In this document: positions 45,028-59,734 of the stretch, in pieces
Numbering within the stretch: position 1 is the stretch's first letter
Layout of the letters: each line of letters begins with the position of its first letter
DNA from: Paraspadella gotoi
Taxonomy: Eukaryota; Animalia; Chaetognatha
Assembly: GCA_051294375.1 (NCBI GenBank)
Contig: CM119267.1
Coordinates: 13,153,081-13,217,080, forward strand
Length of the DNA stretch: 64,000 nt
Reading direction: 5' to 3'
Position numbers and translations under genes: made by a program
The notes under the pieces: generated by a model
The model's input: the letters and a program-made list of their open reading frames with translations, nothing else
The model's database searches: none
Told to the model about the DNA's origin: nothing

Positions 45028-47542
45028 TGATCCGATCTTTTTTTCTCAGAATAAGGGAATTTATTGAAACTTAAAATTGAATTTCTTTGTCCTGAAGACA
45101 AAGTGAAATAATATTTCTGAGAAATAGTTCAAATATTTCAGATCTCGAAGAAATTTATTATTATAACATTTTATATTTAGCAATATATTCTACAGCTGAG
45201 CGCGAGATGGAAAGGAAGAAGGGGTGAGGAAGGAAGAAAAAGGAGAGAATGAATTTTCATGAAAATCGGGAAACTACGAGGACTTAAATGTCTGAAGATG
45301 TCTTAGTATACGTAGAGGGAAGTGAACTAAGTAAAAATAGGAGGAAGACGAAGAAGATGACGACGAAGAGTTAAAAAAAAGTGAGACAAAGTTTTGAGAA
45401 AGAGAAGGTTAAAGAGGGAATATGGAAATTCATAAGTATAATGAGGAGGGGGTAAGGAGAGTCTCTGCGACGGCTCGACGGCGATGATGAGGCCGCCGCT
45501 GCGCCCGCTGCCACTGCTGCCGCCGCCGCCGCTGGAGGAATTAAACGACGCCGCTTATGCCGACGTCGACGCCGCGTCCGCTGCGGCTGCTGGCTTAAAA
45601 CGAGACGCCGACGCAGTCGTCGAGGATTTTTTCCGCTTAAACTCATGAATCCAGAGGACAACATTTTTTTGATGCACAAAAAAAAAAAAATCCGGATGAC
45701 GAATGAGGAGGAAAAGAGCCAAATCGTCGTCGTTGTCGTCGTCGTTGTCATCGTGGTAGTCGTTTGGCGCCGTCGACTGGGGAAGCGGGGGGAGCGCCGG
45801 AAGCGGGCGATCGCGCCAGAGTTGGAGGCGTCTGTGGCGCCGGATTTATCGTCGTTGAATTTGACGAATTTTGATATGATTGCGTCGTTGGCGCCGCCAA
45901 GTTTAAGGTCAATGACCTCGACTGACGAGTTGAGAACAAAGTTTACTGAAGTCGAAATTGAGGCTAAGGCCTCGCGACGCGGAACTAAGTCGAAGGGATG
46001 CGGGGCAAAGAAACGTAAAATATAATGTAAAAATAACCTCAAAAGACTACAATTTAGCAAAATTAGTCACTATATTCATTATGCAGTAGAGTGGAGTGAT
46101 GAAAAGATTGAGTGATTGAACATTATTTTTTTGCTGCCTAAGGACATGTAATTAATGAATTTTAATTTCTTTTAAAATTTTTTTGAGCATAACAGTATAG
46201 TAAATTCAATTATTTATGTAGTAATATTCTTACAAAAATCGTTAAATTTCAAAATAAATTTTATTTTATTTTATTTTCGCCGTAAAAAACTAAGAAACTT
46301 TTATAAAATATGTTATATGATTTTTTAATGTTTGGATCACAAAAAATGATTAAAACGTTTTAACATGTATAAGTTTTGACTACAGAAAATAAATAAATTG
46401 TTAAGTGTCATCTCATGCACAGAGTAGTTTGATATAGAAAAACATCGATTTGGGAAACTGCTAATTTTATTTAGACCATGCATTCAAACCATTTAGCTGG
46501 TTCATTATTCAAGGCCAGAGAACCAGCTAAATGGTTTGAATGCATGGTCTAAATAAAATTAGCACTGTTTCCCAAATCGATGTTTTTCTATATAGAAAAT
46601 GAATAAGTCATGGATTTTTACCTTTTTTTCCGTTTTAAACGCTGAAGATGATAAAATTTTTGATAATATGTTTTATACTTTTGATTCAACTTTTTATGAA
46701 AAATCTTTATTAAAAGTTTTTTAAAAAATATTTTTAAAATTTACTATTTCATAATAATATTACTATAAATATATTATATTTTACTATTCTGTTCCCAAGA
46801 AAATATGAACAAAATATTTTTTGTACTAGTTAATGATACTATCTTACATCTAATTATCCTTGTTCGATCATTCAAATAATTGTTTTGTTCTTGAGTGCTC
46901 CACTCTATTATACAGTAAACGACAATAACCAATATAATAGAGCCAACTTCAACGACAAAAATAAAATGGCAACCAACAAGACAACAAAAAGAGCATAAAC
47001 AACAGCAAAAAAAACAACCACAACAACAAAAACACCGACAATGAAAAGAAATCCCCAAGAAACTTGGATTCTTCTCTCCACAAAGGAATTCGTGATCGAT
47101 TTTCGATAAAACAAGATTTCAGGACGCCTCATTTCATAACGAGACGCGGAGAGATCCGACGCGCCCCTTCTTGTCTCTCCCAGAATCAGAGGGTGGAGTT
47201 GTACTTGATCTTGCCCATCTTCCTCTTCTTCCTCCTCCTCCTCCTCTTCCTCCTCTTCCTCCTGGTTAATTTCGGTCGTCACTCCTTGACCTTTCTTCAT
47301 TTTTCTAGGCGAATATTGAGATGGAAAAAACTAAGTCGCGCCCAGGATTGTCGTTTTGAATAAGTATAAATTCAGTTGAGTATATATCAGTTACATCCGG
47401 ATCTAATACCAAGTGAAGGTTTCTTTGCGCTAAGTTGATGTCGTCTTTGTTATTGTTTTTCTCAATTTGTTGTCGTTGTTGTCCTTCTTCTTCTTCCAGT
47501 GAAGTACTTCACTCGGACAATCGATGAGATCTCTTTTAAGAA

Positions 47543-47580
<38 letters not shown>

Positions 47581-48479
47581 NNNNNNNNNNNNNNNNNNNN
47601 NNNNNNNNNNNNNNNNNNNNNNNNNNNNNNNNNNNNNNNNNNNNNNNNNNNNNNNNNNNNNNNNNNNNNNNNNNNNNNNNAGGGGGGGTTGATCGGTATT
47701 CGGTAGTGAGGAATTAAAATCTAGTTTGCATCGCGAGTTTGAATTTTTTTTTCTCTCCGAGTTCCTTCTTCGGTTCCATTCATTGATTCCAGTCACGATT
47801 TACGTTTTACGAGATTCGAGTGACGTCAGAGCGGGGATCAAAGATCGAAGACCGGAGATCGGAGATGAGTGATTGAAGATCGGGGATTGGGGATCGGAGA
47901 TGAGGTATCAAGCAATGGGGATCGAGAAGCGGGGATAAAAATTTGATTCGGATCTGAGATAGGAGATTACGGAATAAGAATAAAATTTGATAAGCGAAGA
48001 TTTAGAGGAATTTTTCAAATTTAGTGTACTTTAGTGTACTTTAATGGTCCAATATTGAAATAAAGACGAATAAGAGAGAATTATTCGAACGTCAATGTTG
48101 ATTTTTCGTGATATTCAGAGGCACCAAGAATGCCTCATTAAAGTACTTTTGTCTACCGACAAAAAGATTACGTATCTAAAACGAAAAGCGTCAACAAGCT
48201 TTTCAAAAAAACAATAAACAAAATAAAAAACGAAAAAAAAACTCGTATCTCGAAGTCTTTTGTTCAAAACCGGAAACCGAATCGTGGCCGAATAGAGCCT
48301 CTGCCGTTCGACAAATCCGCGCTAATTACCTCTTTTTATTTTTCTCTCTATTTTTTATTTTTTATTTTTTATTTAATTCTTGCCTAAGACCATTTTTTTT
48401 TACCACCGGTGAAGGACATAATGATGACGAAAACAAAAACAAGAATACTCGCACGAAAGGAGAGAGAGAGACGAGAGAG

Positions 48480-48555
<76 letters not shown>

Positions 48556-48798
48556 CGTAAAATGTCAATTGTTTCGAAGTTACTGGCATTTTCTCGGCTT
48601 TTCAGCCTCTCAAGAAGCGGACAGTGGACGAGCGACTCTGGCCGAAAATGGCTTGTTGCCCGCGACAGAGAAAAAAAATGAAGAAAAAAGGAAAAAAGTA
48701 CGAAAAAACAAGAAAAAAAAAGAGAAATAGACAAAAAAAGATAGAATATTAGAAAGAAGAGAAAAAGTGTTGGGCTTTTTTTTTCTCTTTTTATCTCA

Positions 48799-48848
<50 letters not shown>

Positions 48849-49288
48849 ATGATTCTCCACTTAACCTGAACAACATGCATCAAAAGTACGATAGCGGCTG
48901 ACGGGAGAGATAAAGAATGGAACTTGAGACGACGAAGAATACGACGACGACGACGACGAAAAATGAAAAAAATGAAAAAAATTTAAAAAAATAAAAAAGA
49001 ACTGGGGAATATAGGACTACTCTACAGAGATGGTGAGAAGAAAAGGGGAATTATAATTTCGACGAAAACGACGACGACAAAAAAAGACCCTCGATGAACA
49101 TCCTAAACGGTGAAGACGACCACGACCACGACAACGACGACGACGACGACGACAACCGCGAAGACAGCGTCGCCTGGGGAAAGAAAGCGGTCTCTTCACC
49201 ATCCGCCGCTGCAGCCACCGCAGCCGCCGCCGCCGCGCGAACAGAGAATGGTTTTCTCCATTCTACGAATTTTGAATTTTTCTCCAAC

Positions 49289-49361
<73 letters not shown>

Positions 49362-50294
49362 GACCGCCGCTCATTTATTTTCGGGTTTCTCGTCCCCTTC
49401 ATGATAGTTAGAACAGCCCTCTCGCATCATAACCATTAAAAAAGACCGGGAGTTTGTAGCGACGGGGCGTGGCGGAGGGGGGGGGGAAGCGTGGTGGGTG
49501 TGGAAGGCCCTGTTTCTGGATCGGCGGATTCGAAGTGGGTATCGCCGTTGGGTAATTTTATTGCCATATTGGAAAAGGATGTAAATTTTCGGGTTTTCGA
49601 CATTGCTTTAGAACGATCAAGCTGGTTACATAGTACGATGTACAACGACAAGTCGCGTCATGTTCGACTCTGCGACGATATGCGACGCAAAGAGTGACGT
49701 GGCGAACGAGTGGGGCGAGCGCGCGAACGAGTGGGCGTGGCCTCGAAGGGAGGCGTGGCCAAGCCGAGAGCCTTTATATATATTTTTTTTAGAATGGGGA
49801 GTCAGTAGAATGAGAGTGAGGGAAGGAAGAAAAGTCGCGGGAGTGAGATACTTAAGGTGAGTTTTCGGTGAGGTTAAGGTGCTTAACCGGAAGTTGGTCA
49901 TCGTTGACGAGGTCTTTTATATCGAGAGGGAAAGAAAAAAAGAAAGAATATCGGGGAACTGAAACTCTTCATTCCTTCGCATAAAGAAAAGGGGGAAAAA
50001 AAGTCGAGACTTTCGCTCATAATCGATAAAAAGCCCGACTAACCTCGCCCTCGAGATCCACCCGCTCCTATAACCTTTTTTATGTTAACCGTAGTCACCA
50101 GATGACCCCCCCCTTCGCGTGAGTTCAGGTGAGTGGGGTGGGATGAAGTTCGGCCAGATGCCCGTCGGTTAACCGCAAGAATGAGAGAAGATAGAGAGGA
50201 GATAGAAAGTAATGAAGAAAGAAAGAAAAGCCAAACGAATGAACGAAAGAAAGAAAGAAAGAAAGAAAGAAAAAAAGAAAAAAAGAAAAAAGAG

Positions 50295-50349
<55 letters not shown>

Positions 50350-51604
50350 GAGAAAGAAAGAAAGAAAAAAAAAGAAATAGAAACAAATAATATATAAAAT
50401 AAAAAAAGTACGGTAGCATGCAAGCTGTTGTGTTCTCAAAGTTGGCGGTGGATCTAGTGCTTAAAAAAAAGTTAAAAATTGGACGTATCTGGAGAGAAGT
50501 TTTTGGTGTATAACTTTCGGTTCTCAAATTGTAAGAGGGGAAGGAAAAGCAGTGAAAGAAGGATGGAGAGAAGAAGTCGACAGATGAAGGAGAAAAAGTA
50601 GAAAATAAGAATAGGGAGGAAGAAGAGGAGGAGGAGGAGGAGGAATAGGAGAATGACCATTTTCGGCGACGTCGTCGGTGTAAATTGAAGACGATTCCCT
50701 TTTTTTTTCTTTACGCTGGAATTTATGTCCTGCCATGAGGGGGACTCAGCTTGGGGGGGCGCCGTTGGTGGCGAGTTGCCAGTTGAGATCGGCGCGATGA
50801 AGAAATGAGTTGTGGTCTTTGTTTGATAAGCGATTTATGATAATTATCATTATTATTATCAGGTGTGATTATTGTAACTATTGTGAAATTTTATCGACGA
50901 TTCTCGGTAGAGCCAAACTTTGTCAATGGGGAGGGTCAGAAGTTTGATTTGGGAACTTTCCCAAATGAAACTTCATACATTTCTGAGAAAACTTTCAATA
51001 GACCATAATTGTCTAAAATGGCTAGAAGCACTAGTAATTATTTTTTTAATATTTATTTATAGATACTAGATAAAAAGTTTTTTTGGAATTTTATATTTTT
51101 AAATGCAGATTCAGATATCTAATAAAAAATTGTCTACACAAAGTATAATTATTTTTTCAACATTTTGATGATATTAGGTCAAAATTGAAAAAATCTTAAA
51201 AAATCATCCTCATTAATCAACATCATCATTATCATGATCCGATGATTTTAGTAGTTTTTGCTCATTTTCAGTAATAAAACATCAAAATTTTAAAACGTTG
51301 TAATTACATTTTTTGCTTAACTTTTTAAGCTCTATCAGAATCAATAAAAAAATTAAAATATTCCAAAAAAAATTTACATTGTATAGCAAAATAATAATTT
51401 TTGAAACATTTTTGCAAAAAAATATTTTAACACAATAACTAATACCAATAATGGATTCGTTTAATACTGTTCCCATTATAATTGAATTTGGTCGGCTACC
51501 GCTATTCTCGGATTCAAAAAATGCTTTGATATTTATACAAAATGGAAAGAATACATTTTTACGAAGTCGCATGATTTTTTTTGGTTTTTTGTGAAGAACA
51601 AATT

Positions 51605-51671
<67 letters not shown>

Positions 51672-51964
51672 GATAAACAAAAGGTTAACACGGCGGAGGC
51701 GCGATTCGATTGCCAGCGAGATTCGTAATTCGGGATCGGTCGAATTGTCGTCCTGGCATTTATCCACTGAACCACACAAAAAATACACACACACAAATAA
51801 AAAATTGGGCGAAAAATAAAAAAAAATATTAGCGAAGAGAAAAAAATAGAAAAAATGAAATGGAATTAATTCGAAATTTTAAATTAGGAAAATGAATTTT
51901 AGAGAAGAATGTAAACTTTATGACGCTGAGGATTTGTCTATCTCTCTTTCACTCTCTCACTCTC

Positions 51965-52009
<45 letters not shown>

Positions 52010-52292
52010 TTCTCCATCTCATTGTTTTTTATCACTGAGAATAAATTTGATGAAGACTAATTTAAATTTTCGCGGAAGTTCTTGTCTTCGGGAAGATTAA
52101 ACTTTAATCATAAATCTGAAAATTATCGCGATTCTCATATTCTTTTTTAAAAAATATAATTATTTTTCAAAAAAAGAAAAAAAATATATTCTAGTTCAAA
52201 AACTTTCTTTGCTTTTTTTTGCTTCCGTTTCTGTTGTTTCCCAAACTTTTTCAAACTAATTGTAAATCCCTTAAGACTTCCAAGATCTTTAG

Positions 52293-52328
<36 letters not shown>

Positions 52329-52555
52329 TTTCTCCAACATTCCTTTTCTCTCACCCTCCTTTTTCCCCATTTTTTCACCGCTTAAAAAAGGTACTTAAAA
52401 ATATTTTCTTAAAATTTCCTAAATTTTTTTTTCCGACTTGCGTCGTCATTAGGATATGAATGAACACTCATTTTTCATTTTCCTACTTAGGAAATAATGC
52501 GCTCTCTCTCGCTCTCTCTCTCTCTCTCTCTTTTAAAAGATAGAATAGAAAGTAA
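37971..52555. repeat. ~4.9-kb inverted duplication (37971-42890 / 47681-52555); likely assembly artefact
   Basis: Left arm starts right after a 25-N gap (37946-37970), right arm right after a 100-N gap (47581-47680); reverse-complement identity with scattered indels. Confidence 0.9.
46432..46593. repeat. Near-perfect foldback palindrome (~72-bp arms, 16-bp spacer), probably a MITE
   Basis: ATATAGAAAAACATCGATTTGGGAAAC...CATTTAGCTGGTTC (46432-46503), spacer, then the reverse complement (46520-46593) with one small indel. Confidence 0.85.
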
Positions 52556-53329
52556 AGGGGAAAAAAGTAGAATGAAAGAAAGAAAAGAAAGAAAGAAAGA
52601 AAGAAAGAAAAAAAAAAACAAACATAAAATCGATTTTCCGTCGGTAACCTCGCCTCCAGTCAGAAACCTGGTTGTGAAACTCGATTCTCGGAAGTTAAAA
52701 CTGGATTTCTAATCCGAAAACCTCAAACAACTGCCAGAGGAGATCGTTATCGCTCACGGACACCCTGGCCAGGCAACTGAAGGGCAGGTACTGAGGGAAA
52801 AAACACTCCCATCACACGAGAAAATTCAAACAAGTAACGTTCAACATTATTGTTTAGCGTTCAATTTTCAATCTTCAATCCAAGCATACATGAGCAACGG
52901 GCGCCCATATCCGCTCGACTACGGTCTCCGGCACCCAAACACCCAAACCGTGAATCCGGCGGCCGCCGCCCGACTCAAGTGGCCCCTAGTCCGGCTCCAA
53001 TGGCCCCTCGCCCGGCTCCCGTTGCCCGGCGACCGCGGCAGCCATCAAGCGACGCCCGACGTCGCGGGACGAGAGAGACGAGGGCGGAGGAAATGCCAGG
53101 CGCTTGACTAATGATGAACGTGAGATTGAGTCACGGTAGGATGGGAAAGTGAGGGGGGGATAGAGAGAGAGAGAGAGAAAGCGAGAGAGAGGAAGTGAGT
53201 AGAGGGAAGAGGAGAGGGACGAGAAAAAGGTTGAGAAAAATAGAGGCGGAAAGGGAGGAGTAGAAAAAGGTGATGTGATAAAGAGGAGAGAAAAGAATGA
53301 AGCGGACAAGGATCAAAAGAAATGGAGAG

Positions 53330-53620
53330 GAAGAAAAGGGAAAATATGGCCGGTTGACTTTGCAATCGATGGCTGGTTCGAAAAGGCCGTTCCGAAGAAG
53401 ATGCAAAAGAAAGAGCATTTCGTAAGGCTGGGAAAAAGGAAAGGGTGTAGTCCCGGGTAAAGATTATGGGTGAGGCAAGACGGCGTGATGGCTTGACTGC
53501 GGCCAGGTGAGTCTTCAATTCAGAGGCCAGAGGAGATTGAGAGAGTGGTGGGTAAATTAAAATTAAAATTAAAATCTTACGCGAAGAGGAGTGTGAGGGT
53601 TCGGAGTCTCCGACCACTTA
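53330..53620 (-). pseudogene. Possible decayed C-terminal tail of a non-LTR retrotransposon ORF2
   Basis: Minus frame ...PIIFTRDYTLSFFPALRNAL loosely resembles the post-RT RT..Y..SFFP....WN.L motif of CR1/L2/Jockey-type LINEs; weak. Confidence 0.3.
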
Positions 53621-54077
53621 GCAGCACGGGGATAAGGAAACTGCGAACTCGGAAATTAAGAGAAAGTCGTATTCCGTCGAGAAACCAGAAAACAAATGGA
53701 GCGGAGACCCAGGCGAATTCGCTCGATTGCTTGTTAGTAAATTCTTGGTAAAAACGTCGTCTTTGACGAGTTGATATAAATAACATACAGTTTAGTTTTT
53801 TTGTTTTATTAGCATGTTCGTCATTGCTGTTTTGTTTACTTAAAGTTATAAAAATATTAAAACTCAAGACGAAATAGCAATGTCTATAAAGAAAGTTTAG
53901 TGGACAGAAGATGACCTTCACAATTCCCTCATTTCCCGTTCATCTATCCGCCCTGGCAAAAGAAAAAAATTGAAAAAAAGGAAAGAAAAAAAAAACAGTA
54001 CAATATAGTATTGAAGTGAGAGTATGGGAGTAAATAAACGAGACTGTGAAAGAGTCTTGATTTAAAGCTTGCAGGCA

Positions 54078-54193
54078 CCTGCTATGTAAGAGTTGTGGTG
54101 TCCTTTAACCACCAAAGCCTGCCCAAAGTCAGGGGCAAGATAGCTTATTTATTAAATGAATGGATAATTTTATATTGGTTGTACCAATTTCAT
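54078..54193. repeat. Dispersed repeat, direct copy of 443-570
   Basis: Near-identical over the last ~85 bp to 485-570. Confidence 0.7.
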
Positions 54194-55021
54194 ATTATTA
54201 ATCGTAAAGGAAAATCGAACAGGAAGGAAAAGACGTGAAAAAAATATAATGAGAAATCTGAGCGCTGAGCAGTGAGCACTGAGCAGATCTACCACGGCAT
54301 AAAACAAGATTTGTGTGGGTGACGATCCTCTTTTCATAGACAGAAATGATGACGGCCGGGAAGATTCGACTGATAATACTCAAAGCTGTGAGAAAAAAAT
54401 GACAACGAAATTCATAACTCGAATCCAAATATGTTGATCATATTTATTTAACCATAAATATTGGTATTTGCTAACATCTGTTTTGGCCCCTAAAGTTTTG
54501 CTGAGTGTGAAATTGGGATTGAAAAAGAAATGGGAAAGTTAATTTTAAAAGTTTCCCATTGTTCCTTCTCATTGTGTCATCTTTCCTTCATTTCTTTCTT
54601 TCTCTATTGTTCCTCGATATATTTATTTTCTCTCTTATTTCTCCCATAATTTTCTCTTTCTTCCACCGTCCTTCGCTGCTGGCGCAGCCGGGTTGCAATG
54701 GACCTGGACGAAAACAACCAAGACGATGATGACGACGGACGAAAAAAAATGACAATTACGTGAGGGAAAAAGGAAAAAGCGACGCCTTTCGGAGCCACAT
54801 CGCACAGTTGAGGTAAAAAAATATGCAACGTGATTGAAAAAAAAATCAATTGGAGAAAAAACTCTAGACGTGATTCCAGTGTGAGTAGATGTTTTCCGTG
54901 TGAGCGTGTCGCGTGTGAGACTCGCGAGACGGCACACAGAAGAAAAAGAACGAAAGTAAGACAGAAGAGTGAGTGTGAAGAGATTTCGTGAAAATGGGGT
55001 CACCGAGACGACGGAGGAACG

Positions 55022-55107
<86 letters not shown>

Positions 55108-55195
55108 GAGCAGCTCTAAAAGAAGATAGGAAGAGAAAAGGACAAATTGTTGCGAAAATGGATGTCGACAAAAAAAGTATTTCTGTCTCGTTTCT

Positions 55196-55267
<72 letters not shown>

Positions 55268-57853
55268 ATTTAACGCTTCAATAAAAGCTATTTAACGACA
55301 TGTCACATGTTTAAAAAAATAAAGTAAAAAAAAAATGGCCTCAGTGATTTGTGACATGAGAGAACATCCGTGTTCGTGCGATAAACAAACAGCGAAAAAG
55401 GAAAACTGGACCAAAACAAACTGGAGAGGTTTTTTCTCTCCCCTTCGTTTGTAAACACGCGCGTCGCTGGCGCTTTTCTCACTCGCCTACGATTGGCGCG
55501 TTGGTTTATGGTCGAGAGTAAAAAGTAAAGTAAAGTTGTAAATTTTGAAAATGTCGAGAATTAAGCCGAGTTGCTGCGTTGCAGCGAAAACAAGAACTGC
55601 ATGGGCATTTTTTTTCCTACATCATCTTTATCGCGGGGCTTTTATAGCCAGAAATGCTAGAATCTAATGCGAGCCACGTTTGTTGCAAGTACCATCTAGG
55701 AAAAAATTATATCACATTTTTAGTAGAGGAAAATCTAATGTTTCTAAATCTACAATGAATTTTTTTTCAGTAGCTTTTTTCCATTTTTTTGTAGCTCAAA
55801 TCGTTCACTGTAGAAGTTACAAGCAAAAAAAGATTGCTACCTCAAATAAAAAAGAGCAAAAGAAATCATATTTAGTTTTCTACTATTTTTAATATTTATT
55901 TATTTATTTTTATTTTGAATTAAATTAGTTTTTTTTTTTTAATTTGTCAATGCTAGAGGCAATCCACTTTTTTTGCTTCAGAAAAGTGCCCTTTTAGCTC
56001 TTAGAAAAGAGGGAAAGATGTGTAACATCGGTGGAAAGGCTGAAAAGATTCGTATTAAAGGTGTGGAAAAATATTTTACCGTCATACCTCAATTCGCTGT
56101 ATGAGAATATGACCAGATGAAAGCAGGCAGTAGTTGATGCTGAGGGAGGGCTAACCAAATATTAAGAATGTTTTTTTATATATTGTATAAATGAACTTTT
56201 TAACAATTGTGTGATATACTTTTTTCCTACATAGTAGTTCCAATGGGGAAATAGACAACAATAAGCCAAGGACCAACTAAAGAACCCAGTACCAACTTTC
56301 TCATGAATCCATTAGACCCACGAAGAATTTTCATAGAAATCGAAATAAATTTCTCCAAAATCATTTCTTCCATAGCTTCTTTCCTCCACAGCTTCTCCCC
56401 ACACCAGCTCACTACTCCACTCCGCTCCACCTTTCCACTACCTTTTGCCACTACCATCTCTTCCCACTCCGCCACTCCACCTAAATCGAAGGAACATTTT
56501 TTACTCTGGCGAAAATTCCGTTGGCGTCGCTTTGCGGATTTATATCTCGGGAAATGATGCAACTGGGAGTAGAAAGAGGGGAGAAAGGGGGAGTAGAAGG
56601 TGGAAGGTGGACACTGGAGACTGAAGAGTGTAGAGAGGAACAAGAAAGTAAGCGGCGTCGAACCAGCAAAAGAAAAAAAAGCTATCATCGTTGAGAATCT
56701 TATTTTTGTTCGCAATTTTCAGCGAGAAAGGCCCGAGCCGTGGGTTAAAAGGGCCAAATCTTCCCACAGTTTCAAGGTGTGCATTCTGTATGAGCAAGTA
56801 TGACCAGATCGGATGGATGTATGCGCGGAACGGAAGAAACGATGGACGAGACTTCGAAGCGTCGGTCGAAGAAATTTCTCTCTGAACTTTCGGAATAATT
56901 GAACGCGAGGGACGACATCAGAGGCAGCGACGAAGACGAACGACGAAGACGAACGACGAAGACGAAGACGATAACGACCAAGAAAATGACGGTGAAGCTA
57001 ACGACGACGACAACAACGACAACGCAGCGACATAGACGAAAAATATTTTATCGCGTAAATCTAGACCGAAAGATAAAATAATTTTTCTGAGAAAAAAGGT
57101 CGACGTTTTGTCAATTTTGTAAAATTATATAAACTACTCAAGAACCGAATAACCGAAGGGAAGCTGCTTTTTTTACAATGGAGGTCACAAAAGTTGACAT
57201 CTCATTATTTATCACTAACTCTTTCCCGCTTTACTAAGGCTTCCCAGCAACACACGTGGCTGCGTCCGAAGCCGCTCGACCGTAATTACGTTTGCCTCCG
57301 TCTTGCGCCATCTTTCTTTTTTTTTTCGTCCCCCAAGTCGAAGGAAAATATTCGCAACAAATCAGGGATTCCCTTCGCTCAAGATCCTCATTTGCATGAG
57401 ACTCGCGACTAATCACAGGTGAAGCGAAGAACGGGAGTGAAACAGGAGCGACGCTCGTTGTTGTCGTCGTTGTTGTTGTTGTCGTTGTGGTTCTTATTGT
57501 CCTTATTTTTTTAATTTATAGACAATTAAGATTGCAATGCAATGACGACTGGTCGACTGGTCTTTTCTGAAAACGCGGCCCCTTTTTTAAACTCACAAGT
57601 CACAACACCCTAGATTGTAGAATTAACGATTTTTAAACCTAATTTTCGTTCCGATTCAGTCTCGAACTAGCGACCTACATCGTTCCCCGCCGCTACCGCC
57701 TCCCCTTACCGGAAAGCAGCAACGGAAGACATTCTCCGAGCGCCGACTCAATGGCGCGGATACAATGACGCCAAAAGTCTGCGGATGGCGGCGAGGACTC
57801 TGGGAAACCAAACGGGGCGCAATGAGGCGAGGCGGAGAGAGCAGAGAGAATGA

Positions 57854-57931
<78 letters not shown>

Positions 57932-58132
57932 GAAAGAAGACATCAAGAGTCAGAGTGAGGGCAAGGGAGTCTTAAAATATCCTGGACTTAACTTTTCAGG
58001 CTGCGATGAAAATTAAAGCAGCAGGAGATGATTTTTTCTTTTTTTTTTTCTTTTTTGAGGAAAAGAAAAACCATAAGTCGTAAAATTTATGAACGCCTCA
58101 GATTTTTACGGGCGAATTTTTTTTCGCGAGAA

Positions 58133-58207
<75 letters not shown>

Positions 58208-58762
58208 TCCTTTTCCCTCCGCGCTCCGATAAAAAATAGAGAGCAACTCTTTTTTTGGAGCCAAAGAGGAGCAGATATCGAGAAAAATATAAAAATATAA
58301 AAAAAAGGAAAAAGCTTGAACGCGTTTTAATAAATCCCCTGACCTCTTCTTGTTTTCGCTCCTCCAATTTCCAGCTAAAATATTCCCCTAATTCTATTGG
58401 ATAAATAAAAATCGGTACTATTTTCTGAATTCACCCTATTTCTGTTCCTAATCCCTGAACTTAATTTTAACCAAATACTAAACCAATATTTAACTTCAAT
58501 TAATTTTTTTAATATTTATTTATAGATAAGAAATGTCATTCTGACCTTCATTGGGTTTTTTTAGCTGAAATGGGTTACTTTTCGAAAAGTTGGATAAACA
58601 TTTTCTTAAATTCTTCTTCACCCTCACTTCCAATTGTATAATTAGGAACCTGTGTCTCCTCGGTTTCTCCACATTTTTTTCTCCCATCACTTTTAAGGTT
58701 ATCAACCACTTCGTTACACACCACTCAATGTCTTTTTTTTTAAGCAAACTTTTTGTTGTGAA

Positions 58763-58795
<33 letters not shown>

Positions 58796-59679
58796 CCTTT
58801 CTGCCTCTCCCCTTCTTGTCACGAAAGTAAACATTGTGACGTTTTTAGGACCTGCTTTTTTTGAAATTCTATTTCAATGTTGTTCTAAACTATGTTTCCC
58901 CTCATTTATCTTTTTTAACCTGTATTTCTTTTTTTTTCTTTTTTTTCATTCCCCATTTTATTTTTCCGCGCTCAGGACCGCAAACGATTCGAGACTCGAT
59001 ACATGCAATTAACCGAATGGAAAGTTTTAGGTGAGTAATTATGATATAAAAAATCGCTGTTTCAAAAATCTTTTTGGCCAAAAAAAGCAATTCTCATTTC
59101 TCTCTCTCCTCCTTTCATTCACTTTATTTTCCTTTATCTAACCAAACACACACGATGTAACACACAACCACTCTCTCTTCACTCTCCTTCACCTTTGACA
59201 AAGAATTGAAAGACAAATCGAGGTGAATTGACAATCACAAAAGAAAAAATCACAAGATTCACAAAAAAAACGTAGGAGGCTGATGGTTTTAGCCTTGGGA
59301 TCGACCGAAAGAAGACTTTTTTTCGTCTAAACTTTTTTTGTCCTTGGCTTATTTTCTATCTTTCTTTTTTTTTTTAATTGCTTCCAAGCTTTCTTTCCTA
59401 TGTGCTTGTTTGCTCGCTGACTTTCATGAATTCTCTATTTTCTTCCTTCTTCCCTTTAAAAGTGACACGATAAAAAATAAAAATTCATAACTGCTGAATT
59501 TTCTACTATTTCAATTAAACTACATAGCACTTGATTCAAGATTCAACTAAGACCAAAGAGGCTCTGTTTTTAACGAGATGATTAATGGTTAACGTCGTCA
59601 ATTCAATCCGGGCGCGGATGGCATTTCCAACAGAAAGTGTTGAGGTCGCCGTTTATCAAACAGAGCAGAGAATTTTGGC

Positions 59680-59734
<55 letters not shown>

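Noticed and set aside
56227-57081. Cluster of overlapping ORFs
   Set aside because: No recognisable domain or consistent splice phase in any frame.
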